Assembly: GCA_046350735.1 (NCBI GenBank)
Contig: JAXLZU010000001.1
Location: 204,530-268,529 of the forward strand
Reading direction: 5' to 3'
Length of the DNA stretch: 64,000 nt
From: Candidatus Saccharimonadota bacterium
GTDB lineage: Bacteria > Patescibacteriota > Saccharimonadia > CAILAD01 > BJGX01
Positions 17,920 to 26,776 of the stretch are shown one piece after another (position 1 is the first letter of the stretch; each line of letters opens with the position of its first letter). The notes under the pieces are model-generated. The model was not told where the DNA came from. It saw only the letters and a list, made by a program, of their open reading frames with translations, and made no database searches. The position numbers were made by a program, and so were the translations under genes.

Positions 17920-20229
17920 ATGTCAGAAAGAACTCCATCACCAGCAGAGCCTCTGTATCGTAAATATCCAGATTTGCACAAATCTCAGTCAGTAGAGCAC
18001 GAGGTTGCTCGTCTGCGTCAGCATGGTGAGCGTATTCCCAACGAGCCGGCACCCAAGCTAGAAGCTTGGCTTCGGTTATTAGAGAGAACCCACACGGGTA
18101 AAGGTGGTAGTGAGGCCCGCCAAGCCGCGCAGCCACAAGTATACGAGCGCATAAAAACTCTCTACCATCGTCCAACTCAAGAAGGTGGCTATATTACTGG
18201 TCTTGACGATACCTCTATAGAACGGTATTTACGTCATCAAGCTCGTATTGCCCACGAGCAAGGCCACGGCGCTATTGAAGATATTATGGCCCGAGCGAAT
18301 GACCAAGTGCGAGCCGAGGCCAGAGAGACGATTCGAACCGACCAAGAACGTAGTCTCGATGCCTGGCTAGATTACCTTACCTCTGATGATGCCACGTACC
18401 CAATGTGGTTTAAATACTACACCTTCCGCAACATTACCCGTCTGGCCGAGTACGACAAACAAAAGGGTGAGTTCCCCAAGCGTTCTAAATCTACCACTGC
18501 ACCGTTCCCAGATATTAATCGCGAAGCCTTGGCGTATATGGAAGACAGCTTAGCCAAACACTATGGCCTCAAAGATATTGATCCAGATAACCCTAAGGAC
18601 GCTATCGACCCAGAAACTCAAGCGCTCTTAGACAAAGATGCCAACTTTGCCAGTCTCTACAGGCGTGCCATTGAATACGCTGCCCCCAAACACGCCGAAC
18701 AGCTCAATGTTACTGATGGTCGGTGGGTAAAGTACGACCAGACAAGTGACGAGAGTAAGAGTAAAGAGCTAGCCCACTCATTACATGGCTATGGCACAGG
18801 TTGGTGTACCGCCGGTGAGGGCATGGCGCATAGCCAACTGAGTGGTGGTGACTTTTATGTCTACTATACCAAAAGCGAAGATGGTCAGTACTCGGTACCT
18901 CGTGTAGCTATCCGCATGCAAGAAGAATATGGCCAGCAACACATTGCTGAGGTGCGGGGAATTGAAGCCGACCAGAACATGGAAGCAGCGTTGGTACCAA
19001 TTGCCGATGCCAAGCTTGCTGAGATAGACCCTGCAGGTGCTGAACGATACAAGAAACGCTCAGAGGACATGCGCCGCCTCACCGAGATAGACAACCTGCT
19101 CAAAGCTAATCCGAGTGCCGAGCTTAGCAAAGACCAGCTGAGATTTCTCTACGAACTAGATAGTAAGATTGAAGGCTTTGGTTATAACAAGGACCCACGG
19201 ATTGCCGAGATATTACAAACTCGCAACCCAAGGGTTGATTTGGCCTTTACATTAGATGTACAGCCCGAACAAATTAGTCTAACAAAAGAAGAGGCGTTGA
19301 GGGGCAATATAATCTATCACTATGGTAATCTCAACCTCAGCGGCCTGACCTCAGCCGAAGGCTTACAGCTGCCCGAGACGATCGGTGGTAATCTCGACCT
19401 CAACGGCCTGACTTCAGCCGAAGGCTTACAGCTGCCCAAGACGATCGGTGGTGATCTCGAACTCAGAAGCCTGACTTCAGCCGAAGGCTTACAGCTGCCC
19501 AAGACGATCGGTGGTTATCTCGACCTCAACGGCCTGACCACGGCCGAAGGCTTACAGCTGCCCGAGACGGTCGGTGGTGATCTCAACCTCAGCGACCTGA
19601 CCACGGTCGAAGGTTTACAGCTGCCCAAGACGGTCGGTGGTTATCTCGACCTCAGCGACCTGACCACGGCCGAAGGTTTACAGCTGCCCGAGACAATTGG
19701 CGGTGATCTCTACCTCAGAAGCCTGACCTCAGCCGATGGCTTGCACCTGCCTAAGACGATCGGTGGTGATCTCAACCTCAGAAGACTGACCTCAGCTGAT
19801 GGCTTACAGCTACCCAAGACGGTCGGTGGTGATCTCTACCTCAACGGCCTGACCACGGCCGAAGGTTTACAGCTACCCAAGACGGTCGGTGGTTATCTCA
19901 TACTCGAAGGCCTGACCACGGCCGAAGGTTTACAGCTGCCCGAGACGGTCGGTGGTGATCTCTACCTCAACTACCTGACCTCGGCCGAAGGTTTACAGCT
20001 ACCCGAGACGGTCGGTGGTGATCTCTACCTCAACGACCTGACCACGGCCGAAGGTTTACAGCTACCCAAGACGGTCGGTGGTGGTCTCATACTCGAAGGA
20101 CTAACCTCAGCCGAAGGCTTACAGCTGCCCGAGACGATCGGTGGTTATCTCGACCTCAGCAGCCTCGGTGCTGCAGATATAGCTACCCTGAGACAGCAAT
20201 ACCCTCTATTAGCAGACATGATTTATTAA
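17920..20229 (+). CDS. large hypothetical protein: 460-aa N-terminal domain plus 13 tandem 20-aa LRR-like repeats
   Basis: 769 aa with no signal peptide. The C-terminal third is LTSAEGLQLPxTIGGxLxLxx repeated 13 times. GC is about 52%, above the local background. Confidence 0.7.
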   Translation: MSERTPSPAEPLYRKYPDLHKSQSVEHEVARLRQHGERIPNEPAPKLEAWLRLLERTHTGKGGSEARQAAQPQVYERIKTLYHRPTQEGGYITGLDDTSIERYLRHQARIAHEQGHGAIEDIMARANDQVRAEARETIRTDQERSLDAWLDYLTSDDATYPMWFKYYTFRNITRLAEYDKQKGEFPKRSKSTTAPFPDINREALAYMEDSLAKHYGLKDIDPDNPKDAIDPETQALLDKDANFASLYRRAIEYAAPKHAEQLNVTDGRWVKYDQTSDESKSKELAHSLHGYGTGWCTAGEGMAHSQLSGGDFYVYYTKSEDGQYSVPRVAIRMQEEYGQQHIAEVRGIEADQNMEAALVPIADAKLAEIDPAGAERYKKRSEDMRRLTEIDNLLKANPSAELSKDQLRFLYELDSKIEGFGYNKDPRIAEILQTRNPRVDLAFTLDVQPEQISLTKEEALRGNIIYHYGNLNLSGLTSAEGLQLPETIGGNLDLNGLTSAEGLQLPKTIGGDLELRSLTSAEGLQLPKTIGGYLDLNGLTTAEGLQLPETVGGDLNLSDLTTVEGLQLPKTVGGYLDLSDLTTAEGLQLPETIGGDLYLRSLTSADGLHLPKTIGGDLNLRRLTSADGLQLPKTVGGDLYLNGLTTAEGLQLPKTVGGYLILEGLTTAEGLQLPETVGGDLYLNYLTSAEGLQLPETVGGDLYLNDLTTAEGLQLPKTVGGGLILEGLTSAEGLQLPETIGGYLDLSSLGAADIATLRQQYPLLADMIY
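19324..20163 (+). repeat. 13 near-identical in-frame 60-bp tandem repeats
   Basis: Each unit is ctgac(c/t)(t/a)c(a/g)gccgaaggcttacagctgccc(g/a)agacg(a/g)tcggtggt(g/t)atctc... and encodes 20 aa. Confidence 0.85.
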
Positions 20230-20338
20230 TGCCTTGAAGAGAGTTTGTATAAGTGAATGGTAAGCGCGACAATAGATCGCGCGATGAAAACCAATTCACC
20301 TCAACCATCAGCTAACAAGTAAATGTTATAATATAGCT

Positions 20339-20620
20339 ATGTCGTTTCAGGCCTACTTAGACAATATAGAAGAAAAAACTGGCAAAACTCCAAACCAGTT
20401 TATAGAGCTGGCAAAAGCAAAGGGTTTTGGTAAAGATACCAAATCTGGCGAGATAGTAGACTGGCTAAAACAAGATTACGATTTGGGCCGAGGCCACGCT
20501 ATGGCGTTAGTATATGTAATAAAAAATGGGCCAAAAATACGTGATAAACATGTAAATAGTGGTGGTACCCATAGCGATGCTAGTAACGAGTTAAGACTAG
20601 ACGGTATAAAAAACAGATAG
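20339..20620 (+). CDS. DUF4287-like protein
   Basis: N-terminal MSFQAYLDNIEEKTGKTP matches my recollection of the DUF4287 family. Confidence 0.6.
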   Translation: MSFQAYLDNIEEKTGKTPNQFIELAKAKGFGKDTKSGEIVDWLKQDYDLGRGHAMALVYVIKNGPKIRDKHVNSGGTHSDASNELRLDGIKNR

Positions 20621-20727
20621 AATGTATCGATACAAAACAGCCCCATAGGGGTCTTTTTTGTAATTAGCCTATGCTTTTAATTACTTCTCGTCGATTATAC
20701 AATTGCCTAAGCACCCGCATAGATACC

Positions 20728-20745
20728 AAAAAAAAGGGGGGGTTG
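20728..20745 (+). repeat. homopolymeric tract A8G7 immediately upstream of the 20750 ORF start
   Basis: ccaaaaaaaagggggggttgagaaATG. Confidence 0.8.
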
Positions 20746-20749
20746 AGAA

Positions 20750-21082
20750 ATGCCCACCAAATCAGAACCAGTCTATTTTTGGCTATGTGCCGATTGCGAT
20801 TTTTCTGTAATTGGCAGTGCAGAAGAAGCTGGCAAGCACTTTGGGCAGAAGGGTTGTTGGGGGCATTATATTTATGAATTTGTTTTAGAAAAAGATAGGC
20901 CTCTTCCATTTTCGGCTACAGGATCAGAGATACATACATCAGATTCATTGGTTGCCGATTACTATCTATCGCCCCGCAGCGAAGATGTAGATTATGTCTA
21001 TAAGACATTCTTTAAAAGAAAGTATAATGCGGCTGTAGAAAAATTATTTGCCAAACCAGTTGCAGCAAATAGCGACTCCTAG
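20750..21082 (+). CDS. hypothetical protein with a CxxC...CWGH zinc-ribbon-like motif
   Basis: 110-aa ORF; terminator hairpin at 21076-21104. Confidence 0.45.
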   Translation: MPTKSEPVYFWLCADCDFSVIGSAEEAGKHFGQKGCWGHYIYEFVLEKDRPLPFSATGSEIHTSDSLVADYYLSPRSEDVDYVYKTFFKRKYNAAVEKLFAKPVAANSDS

Positions 21083-21245
21083 TATTACTAGGAGTATTTT
21101 ATTGTTACCAATTGGCATAGCAAACTATGCAATTAGCTCTCACTATCTAGTGTGGCTACTTGCGCAGTGCATAAATATAGAAAAATATCTATAAATATGG
21201 TAAAATACCGAAGTTCTAGTCAGCACCTTCAAAAAAGGGAGCCAG

Positions 21246-23078
21246 ATGCTCACAGAGGCCATTGCATTGGCACTAAGACACGGCACATATGTGTATGACA
21301 ATAAAGGCATTCTAGATAAAGAAAAAGCAACCTTCTGTTTTGACGATGGCGACTTTACACCCAACTACTCGCGCGAAGACTTTGCTGCATCAGAAGCTGC
21401 TTTGCTAAATAGACACATCCAGGGCTTGCAGGCAATGTCGCCGCAAGATGAACACTTAAGGGCTTTGGGGCCACAGTACGTTAGTACACGGCTAGGTAGC
21501 CAGAACCGCAAAGATGCACTACGAAATGCACGCAAACACACATTCTTGCCAGTAACACCAGAGTGGACAGATAGAGATGTCGAGTACCAGCTAACTCTGT
21601 TGGGCACTTGGCTAATGCGAGAGGCTCAGCGGAATTTGCCGTTTGGTTGCGTAGAAGCTGCCATTGGATTTTCGCAAAAGAGTCTAAAAGAGCGAGAAGA
21701 GAGACTTAAGGTAGTTTTTGAATATCTTCTGTGCAGTAATTGGTACGCAATTAACGAGTATCGAGCCAAAAAGTTTGCAGAAGAAAAGCGACATAACCCA
21801 CTAGAGGTGTTGCCTCGACAGTACGGCCAGTATCCATCGAGTCTGGTGCGGCCGAATTGCTTAGGTATTAGTGCTATGCTCTGTGGCTGGTGCGAGCTAG
21901 CTGGTGTGGAGTATATGTATGTAAATACTGTTCGCGATAGAAGCAGTACATTTGCTGAGATGTTGGTAGAAACCATTAAGTACTCACTTGCTTGGTGCCA
22001 GCAGCACGAAATTACTCTCTCCGAGGGAGATCTTTTTGCAATGCAGTCTCAGCTAGATGAGTTTACAAACCCCCATAGCGCAAGCCGTTTTCATCATTGT
22101 GTGGCAGTAAAGATGGCAGACGATTATTGGCTGATGTTAGATCCGTACCAAGAGCTATTGTTGCCCATCTCGCCTATAAATCACAGAACTGGCGACAGTA
22201 TAGAAGAAACGTATAGGCTGCTTTGTAGGATGCAAAGCAGCCTACCAGGTGTAGTTGTGCAGTATGAGTCAGAAGACTACGAAGCTATTCGAGGACCAGC
22301 CGAGAATCGTATTCAAGATAGTTTTGTGAGTGCGGTAGATGCTAAGTTATATATACAGTATTTTGGTAAAGACCCAGATACGTTATTTGGTGCAATTAAT
22401 CTTGCTCTCAAAGAAGGGTGGTTTGCGAGCTTTTGGGAAGATAATTGGCAGTCTTGTGGAATTTCGGGTAGCCACTTAGCATTTCCAGATAAAAAACGAG
22501 GTATTAACCATAGAACCTTTTATGAATGTATGTACGGTTGGGTAGGTGCATCAATACTAAACCTTGCCTCTGGCTATCGGTTTTCGAGTCTCGAAAAGTT
22601 AAAAGCCTATTATTCTGCAAACGAGGGTTTTGCTTACCGATACAGAGAATTGTTTCAGGCACTACCAATTATATTGTTTGTGCAGCAAATGCAGAAGTAT
22701 GTGTATGATGACAAATCTCAATATAACCACTTTGTAGTAGAATTTGGTAACCCGGCTTTTCAATTAGCGTGCAATACACTTAATCATTTGAGTGCATGGG
22801 ATGAAGAGTTTTCTGCTATGGTCTCACCGTTTGATATTGCAAAATTTAGTGGTAGCCAACTTATCTGGCACGATGCCTTGGCAAGGTGGTATAATACTGA
22901 CCAGTCTCACCAGGATGCTGAGTGGGAGACGTACCTTATTTCTCAACTTTGTAAATTAGAGAAGTACCAATGGCACTTCCAAACCCGGCAACTACTCACT
23001 TACCCCGACCAGGAGGAACCCAAAGATGCCGAGAATGACGAAAGAGCAGAAGGCAGCCGAGATCATGAAGCTGCGTAG
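21246..23078 (+). CDS. hypothetical 610-aa protein with a transglutaminase-like Cys-His-Asp core
   Basis: NCLGISAMLCGWCELAGVEYMYV (Cys) and HHCVAVKMADDYWLMLDPY (His, Asp), spaced as in TGase-like cysteine peptidases. The last 16 codons lie in the high-GC segment. Confidence 0.55.
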   Translation: MLTEAIALALRHGTYVYDNKGILDKEKATFCFDDGDFTPNYSREDFAASEAALLNRHIQGLQAMSPQDEHLRALGPQYVSTRLGSQNRKDALRNARKHTFLPVTPEWTDRDVEYQLTLLGTWLMREAQRNLPFGCVEAAIGFSQKSLKEREERLKVVFEYLLCSNWYAINEYRAKKFAEEKRHNPLEVLPRQYGQYPSSLVRPNCLGISAMLCGWCELAGVEYMYVNTVRDRSSTFAEMLVETIKYSLAWCQQHEITLSEGDLFAMQSQLDEFTNPHSASRFHHCVAVKMADDYWLMLDPYQELLLPISPINHRTGDSIEETYRLLCRMQSSLPGVVVQYESEDYEAIRGPAENRIQDSFVSAVDAKLYIQYFGKDPDTLFGAINLALKEGWFASFWEDNWQSCGISGSHLAFPDKKRGINHRTFYECMYGWVGASILNLASGYRFSSLEKLKAYYSANEGFAYRYRELFQALPIILFVQQMQKYVYDDKSQYNHFVVEFGNPAFQLACNTLNHLSAWDEEFSAMVSPFDIAKFSGSQLIWHDALARWYNTDQSHQDAEWETYLISQLCKLEKYQWHFQTRQLLTYPDQEEPKDAENDERAEGSRDHEAA

Positions 23079-23274
23079 GGCTGGTATGAGCGATGCTCAG
23101 ATCATCGCCGAGCACAGCAACTTGCAGGCCGGCTACGTCTGGCTGCAAGAGAACCCCGATGGCACAGCCGAGGCCGAGTCGCCGAAGCGCCCCGTTGGTT
23201 CTGGCTCGTCGCCAGCACGTCTGCAGCCACAGCCGAGCTACGGTGCCGAGTTTCGCACCCCTCAGCTCAGCTAG
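23026..23274 (+). CDS. small ORF in a high-GC (about 62%) segment, HTH-like N-terminus; possibly a gene fragment
   Basis: MPRMTKEQKAAEIMKLRRAGMSDAQIIAEH resembles a resolvase or transposase-type HTH. Followed by Pro/Ser/Gly-rich low complexity. Confidence 0.3.
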   Translation: MPRMTKEQKAAEIMKLRRAGMSDAQIIAEHSNLQAGYVWLQENPDGTAEAESPKRPVGSGSSPARLQPQPSYGAEFRTPQLS

Positions 23275-23282
23275 AACGTTTA

Positions 23283-23309
23283 CCAGTCTTTAACGAGACT
23301 GGTTTTTTT
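23283..23309 (+). terminator. rho-independent terminator ccagtct-ttaacg-agactgg-TTTTTTT
   Basis: 7-bp stem plus T7. Confidence 0.6.
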
Positions 23310-23379
23310 ATTGTAACTTTTGTTTATGAGAGAAAATTACCCTATAATTATTTTACTTTCTCTATAGAAAGAGGAGCAA

Positions 23380-23778
23380 ATGAACCTTTTAGATGTATTG
23401 CCAGAGCGGTTTTTTATCGATACTCTCACGATTGCAACATACGATGAATTCTTTGCGCTTGGGCCTCCATGTATGTATTGGTGGCAAGATCCTCAAAAAG
23501 ATCAACCGTGGCCAACGATACAGTTAGCACAAAAAACAGCTGTTAGGCTGTGGCATGGTAGAGTGCAGGTTATTCGCATGGGTGACTATTTGGTGTGGTG
23601 TAATTCAGACCCAATAGAGATAGGGGTAGTTAGGTATAGTGCACATGAGATTAATGACTTAAAAATAGTATCGGTACCAGAAATAGCTAGCTCTCTCAGT
23701 GAAGACCTGTGGGTAGCATGGATAGTAAGTAAAAAGCTAACTCATCAAGAAAGTGATGAGCTCAATAGTGACTTCTAG
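23380..23778 (+). CDS. hypothetical protein
   Basis: 132-aa ORF; hairpin terminator at 23772-23796. Confidence 0.45.
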   Translation: MNLLDVLPERFFIDTLTIATYDEFFALGPPCMYWWQDPQKDQPWPTIQLAQKTAVRLWHGRVQVIRMGDYLVWCNSDPIEIGVVRYSAHEINDLKIVSVPEIASSLSEDLWVAWIVSKKLTHQESDELNSDF

Positions 23779-23835
23779 TACAACTAGGAGTTTTTTATTG
23801 TCACAAAATTTACTTGTCTACGTTATTTCTGTATC

Positions 23836-24282
23836 ATGAAAGACAAGATGGATACAGTAAAACATATTAGTAAAAAAGCTGCCGAAAAAGCCCAGAAACA
23901 GGCCCAAAAACACGCAAGCGGGTTTATGCAATTTATTCGCGAGCAAGGCGTAGTAACTCTTGCAGTTGGGTTTATATTGGCTGCTGCTGTTACTAAGACT
24001 GTCAACTCGCTTGTAACCGACATTATCAATCCCATACTGGGCATATTTCTCGGAAAAACCAATCTAGGAAGTGCCACATGGCAAGTGGGTGGTGTTACTA
24101 TCGCCTGGGGCAATTTTGTAAGTGCCTTAATAGATTTTTTAGTTATAGCTCTGGTTGTGTATATTGGCTTTAAAGTTTTACATCTCGATAGACTCGATAT
24201 TGATAAGAAAAAACGCGAAAAAGAAGCCGAAGATGCCGCCAAAAAAGAACAAGCTAGCGAAAAAACTATTAAGAAGAAATAA
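23836..24282 (+). CDS. mscL: large-conductance mechanosensitive channel MscL
   Basis: FMQFIREQGVVTLAVGFILAAAVTKTVNSLVTDIINPILG matches the MscL TM1 signature. Two TMs and a charged C-terminal helix. Confidence 0.85.
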   Translation: MKDKMDTVKHISKKAAEKAQKQAQKHASGFMQFIREQGVVTLAVGFILAAAVTKTVNSLVTDIINPILGIFLGKTNLGSATWQVGGVTIAWGNFVSALIDFLVIALVVYIGFKVLHLDRLDIDKKKREKEAEDAAKKEQASEKTIKKK

Positions 24283-24297
24283 CACCACCAATTTTCT

Positions 24298-24606
24298 ATG
24301 GTTATATTTGCCACCCTCACTCTCGTCGTAGCTTTTTTATACTGGACAGGTATACAAGTAGAAACTGGTAGAAGAAAACCTCAGCCCAAAGACCCATTCT
24401 TTCCTCTTTTTGGTAGAAATATTGATTATGTTGTGGGTAGCGCAGGAATATTGGTAGCGACAGGAATAATAATTGAAGCACTTGGCTTAAGTGTAAACTC
24501 TTATACATTAATCGGTATTGGCCTAGTGTGTATTATTGTTGGTGTTATTCGCCCATATCTTAACCCCAAAAAATTTGGCCCACGATGGATAAAGACTAAG
24601 GGCTAG
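24298..24606 (+). CDS. small hypothetical membrane protein
   Basis: 102 aa, 2-3 TM segments. Confidence 0.4.
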   Translation: MVIFATLTLVVAFLYWTGIQVETGRRKPQPKDPFFPLFGRNIDYVVGSAGILVATGIIIEALGLSVNSYTLIGIGLVCIIVGVIRPYLNPKKFGPRWIKTKG

Positions 24607-24678
24607 TTATATTGCGTATTGACTTCGTAAGTCGAAAAATCTACCATACAGTTACGTACCTCGAAAAAAGGTGGGGCT

Positions 24679-25440
24679 ATGTCAACTACTCCCTATATTG
24701 GTGTAACAGGCTTTATGAGCAGAGCACAAGTAGAAGCTGCCTTAGAGGGTTTTCCGTTTTCGCCGTTTGTTAAGCTAATGGTTGGTGTATTAGTAAGTGA
24801 TAAGACGCTATCGGGTGTACCCAATAGTCACCCCAATAGCTTTCCTCACCCCGATGATATTGCAGAAATTTTTGTTGATGACCCCCGGGTCTTAAACTTG
24901 GTGCATTATAATACACACGACCAAAAAGGATTGGCGCGACAGTTAGATAGACTTTTTGATACCGCGGGGCCAAACTGTCATGGTGTACAACTCAATATTA
25001 CTTGGCCAAATATAGAAGAGTTAAAGCTGTTTCATGCGGCCTGGCGCGACAAGGTTATTGTTTTGCAGTTAGGTAAAGAAGCCTTTGAGGCTAAGCAAAG
25101 CCCAGAGATTGTTGCTAAGTATCTCAGTTATTACAAATACCTAATTGATTATCTTCTTTTTGATATGAGTGGTGGATTTGGTGTAGAGATAGATATAGAC
25201 TTGGCCTCAGAGACTATTGGTCAGTATTTAAGGCAAGGGCTAAGTAAGCATTTCGGTTTTGGCTTGGCAGGTGGGTTAGATGCCGAAAAGCTTGCAATGC
25301 TTGCTCCGTTACTGCGTACCATGCAGACAATTAGTATTGATGCCCAAGGTCGGCTACGCAGTGACGACCAGCTCGATTTAGAAAAAGTGAAAGCTTATAT
25401 TCGGGCAGCTCTGTTACTATACCGACGTGTTAAGGTATAA
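24679..25440 (+). CDS. TrpF-like (phosphoribosylanthranilate isomerase family) TIM-barrel protein
   Basis: YIGVTGF...VGVLVS...VLQLGKE...ISIDAQGRL pattern resembles PRAI. Terminator at 25447-25474. Confidence 0.4.
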   Translation: MSTTPYIGVTGFMSRAQVEAALEGFPFSPFVKLMVGVLVSDKTLSGVPNSHPNSFPHPDDIAEIFVDDPRVLNLVHYNTHDQKGLARQLDRLFDTAGPNCHGVQLNITWPNIEELKLFHAAWRDKVIVLQLGKEAFEAKQSPEIVAKYLSYYKYLIDYLLFDMSGGFGVEIDIDLASETIGQYLRQGLSKHFGFGLAGGLDAEKLAMLAPLLRTMQTISIDAQGRLRSDDQLDLEKVKAYIRAALLLYRRVKV

Positions 25441-25490
25441 ACTATTCTCCGAGACGTGAGCTCGGAGTTTTTTAGTGTTAGAATATAGCA

Positions 25491-26765
25491 ATGAAGCAAC
25501 TCGCCAAAAACGTTATTGTTAGGCAATTAAATAAGAAAGTTCGTAAGCTACTAGCGTTGCATAATATTACGCTTATAGAAGTAACTGGTACAGTTGGTAA
25601 AACCAGCACTAAGGTAGCAATAGGAAAAGTATTGTCTTCTCAGCGCAAAGTCAGATACAGCGAAGATAGCTATAATACCGATATTGGTATTCCACTAAGT
25701 TTGTTTGACAGCAAGGCACCTGCTCAGTTGTGGAATCTTAACTCTTGGCGAAAGATATTTGCGCAGATTGATGCACAAATTAGTAATTATCCATTCGATA
25801 CTGTTGTGCTCGAGCTGGCAGAAGACGAGCCGGCTATGATGGCTAGAGTACAAAAAATTCTCCCACCAGATATTACGGTAATTACCGAGGTAACACCTGC
25901 GCATATGGAGAGAATGCACGATATCAAAACCTTGCTTCATAATGCCTGGAAGATAGCTGCGCGTGGGAAATACATTTTTTACAATGCAGATAGCGAAGGA
26001 TTGCGAAAAAAAGCTTATAAAACTGGCACTACTGGTTATGGCTTGGCGTATGGCCAAGTAACATTTACCAATATTAGACGCAATAGCCAAGGTCTTTTAA
26101 AAGCTAAATTGCTATTAGGTAAAAACAGTACAGAAATACAGACCAAGATGTGTGGCCAGCAAAACCTACATGCATTATTGGCAGCAGCATCGGTGGCAGA
26201 CCATCTGGGTATGTCATTTACCAGTATCGTTAATGAGCTACAAACTATCATGCCCGTGAGGGGTCGTATGAATCTGTTACCGGCAATAGAAGGTGCTCGA
26301 CTTATTGATGATAGTTATAATTCAAGCCCCGACGCGGCCTTAGCCGCCCTACAGACACTCTCTGAGTTTAAGACAAGAAAAATTGCAGTACTTGGCAATA
26401 TGAACGAGCTAGGCCAGCATAGCCCAACCGAGCACGAACGCGTTGGCAAGGCTGCATCAGAAGTTGTAGATCTGCTAGTAGTAGTAGGGCCGCATGCCGA
26501 AAAATATCTGGCTCCGGCTGCAGAGCAAGCGGGGTTAGCGGCGGAAAATATCAAACGTTTTCGTACTCCATACGAGGCCGGACATTATATTAAATCAATC
26601 TTACAAAAGGGTGATGTGGTACTGGTAAAAGGAAGTCAAAATGGTGTATACAGTGAAGAAGTAAGTAGAATACTGCTAGACCCCAAGCTAGATCCTAGCG
26701 AAAACCTAGTTCGCCAAAGCAAAGACTGGCGACGTAAAAAGAAAAAAGCTTTTGCTTTGCATTAA
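25491..26765 (+). CDS. murF: Mur ligase family protein, most like UDP-MurNAc-tripeptide--D-Ala-D-Ala ligase MurF
   Basis: GTVGKTSTK P-loop and IDDSYNSSPDA motif. Confidence 0.7.
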   Translation: MKQLAKNVIVRQLNKKVRKLLALHNITLIEVTGTVGKTSTKVAIGKVLSSQRKVRYSEDSYNTDIGIPLSLFDSKAPAQLWNLNSWRKIFAQIDAQISNYPFDTVVLELAEDEPAMMARVQKILPPDITVITEVTPAHMERMHDIKTLLHNAWKIAARGKYIFYNADSEGLRKKAYKTGTTGYGLAYGQVTFTNIRRNSQGLLKAKLLLGKNSTEIQTKMCGQQNLHALLAAASVADHLGMSFTSIVNELQTIMPVRGRMNLLPAIEGARLIDDSYNSSPDAALAALQTLSEFKTRKIAVLGNMNELGQHSPTEHERVGKAASEVVDLLVVVGPHAEKYLAPAAEQAGLAAENIKRFRTPYEAGHYIKSILQKGDVVLVKGSQNGVYSEEVSRILLDPKLDPSENLVRQSKDWRRKKKKAFALH

Positions 26766-26776
26766 AACAGCGTACA

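Noticed and set aside
19324-20163. Possible CRISPR array (regular 60-bp repeats)
   Set aside because: The repeats are contiguous with no intervening unique spacers. They are in frame inside a long ORF and encode a 20-aa protein motif.
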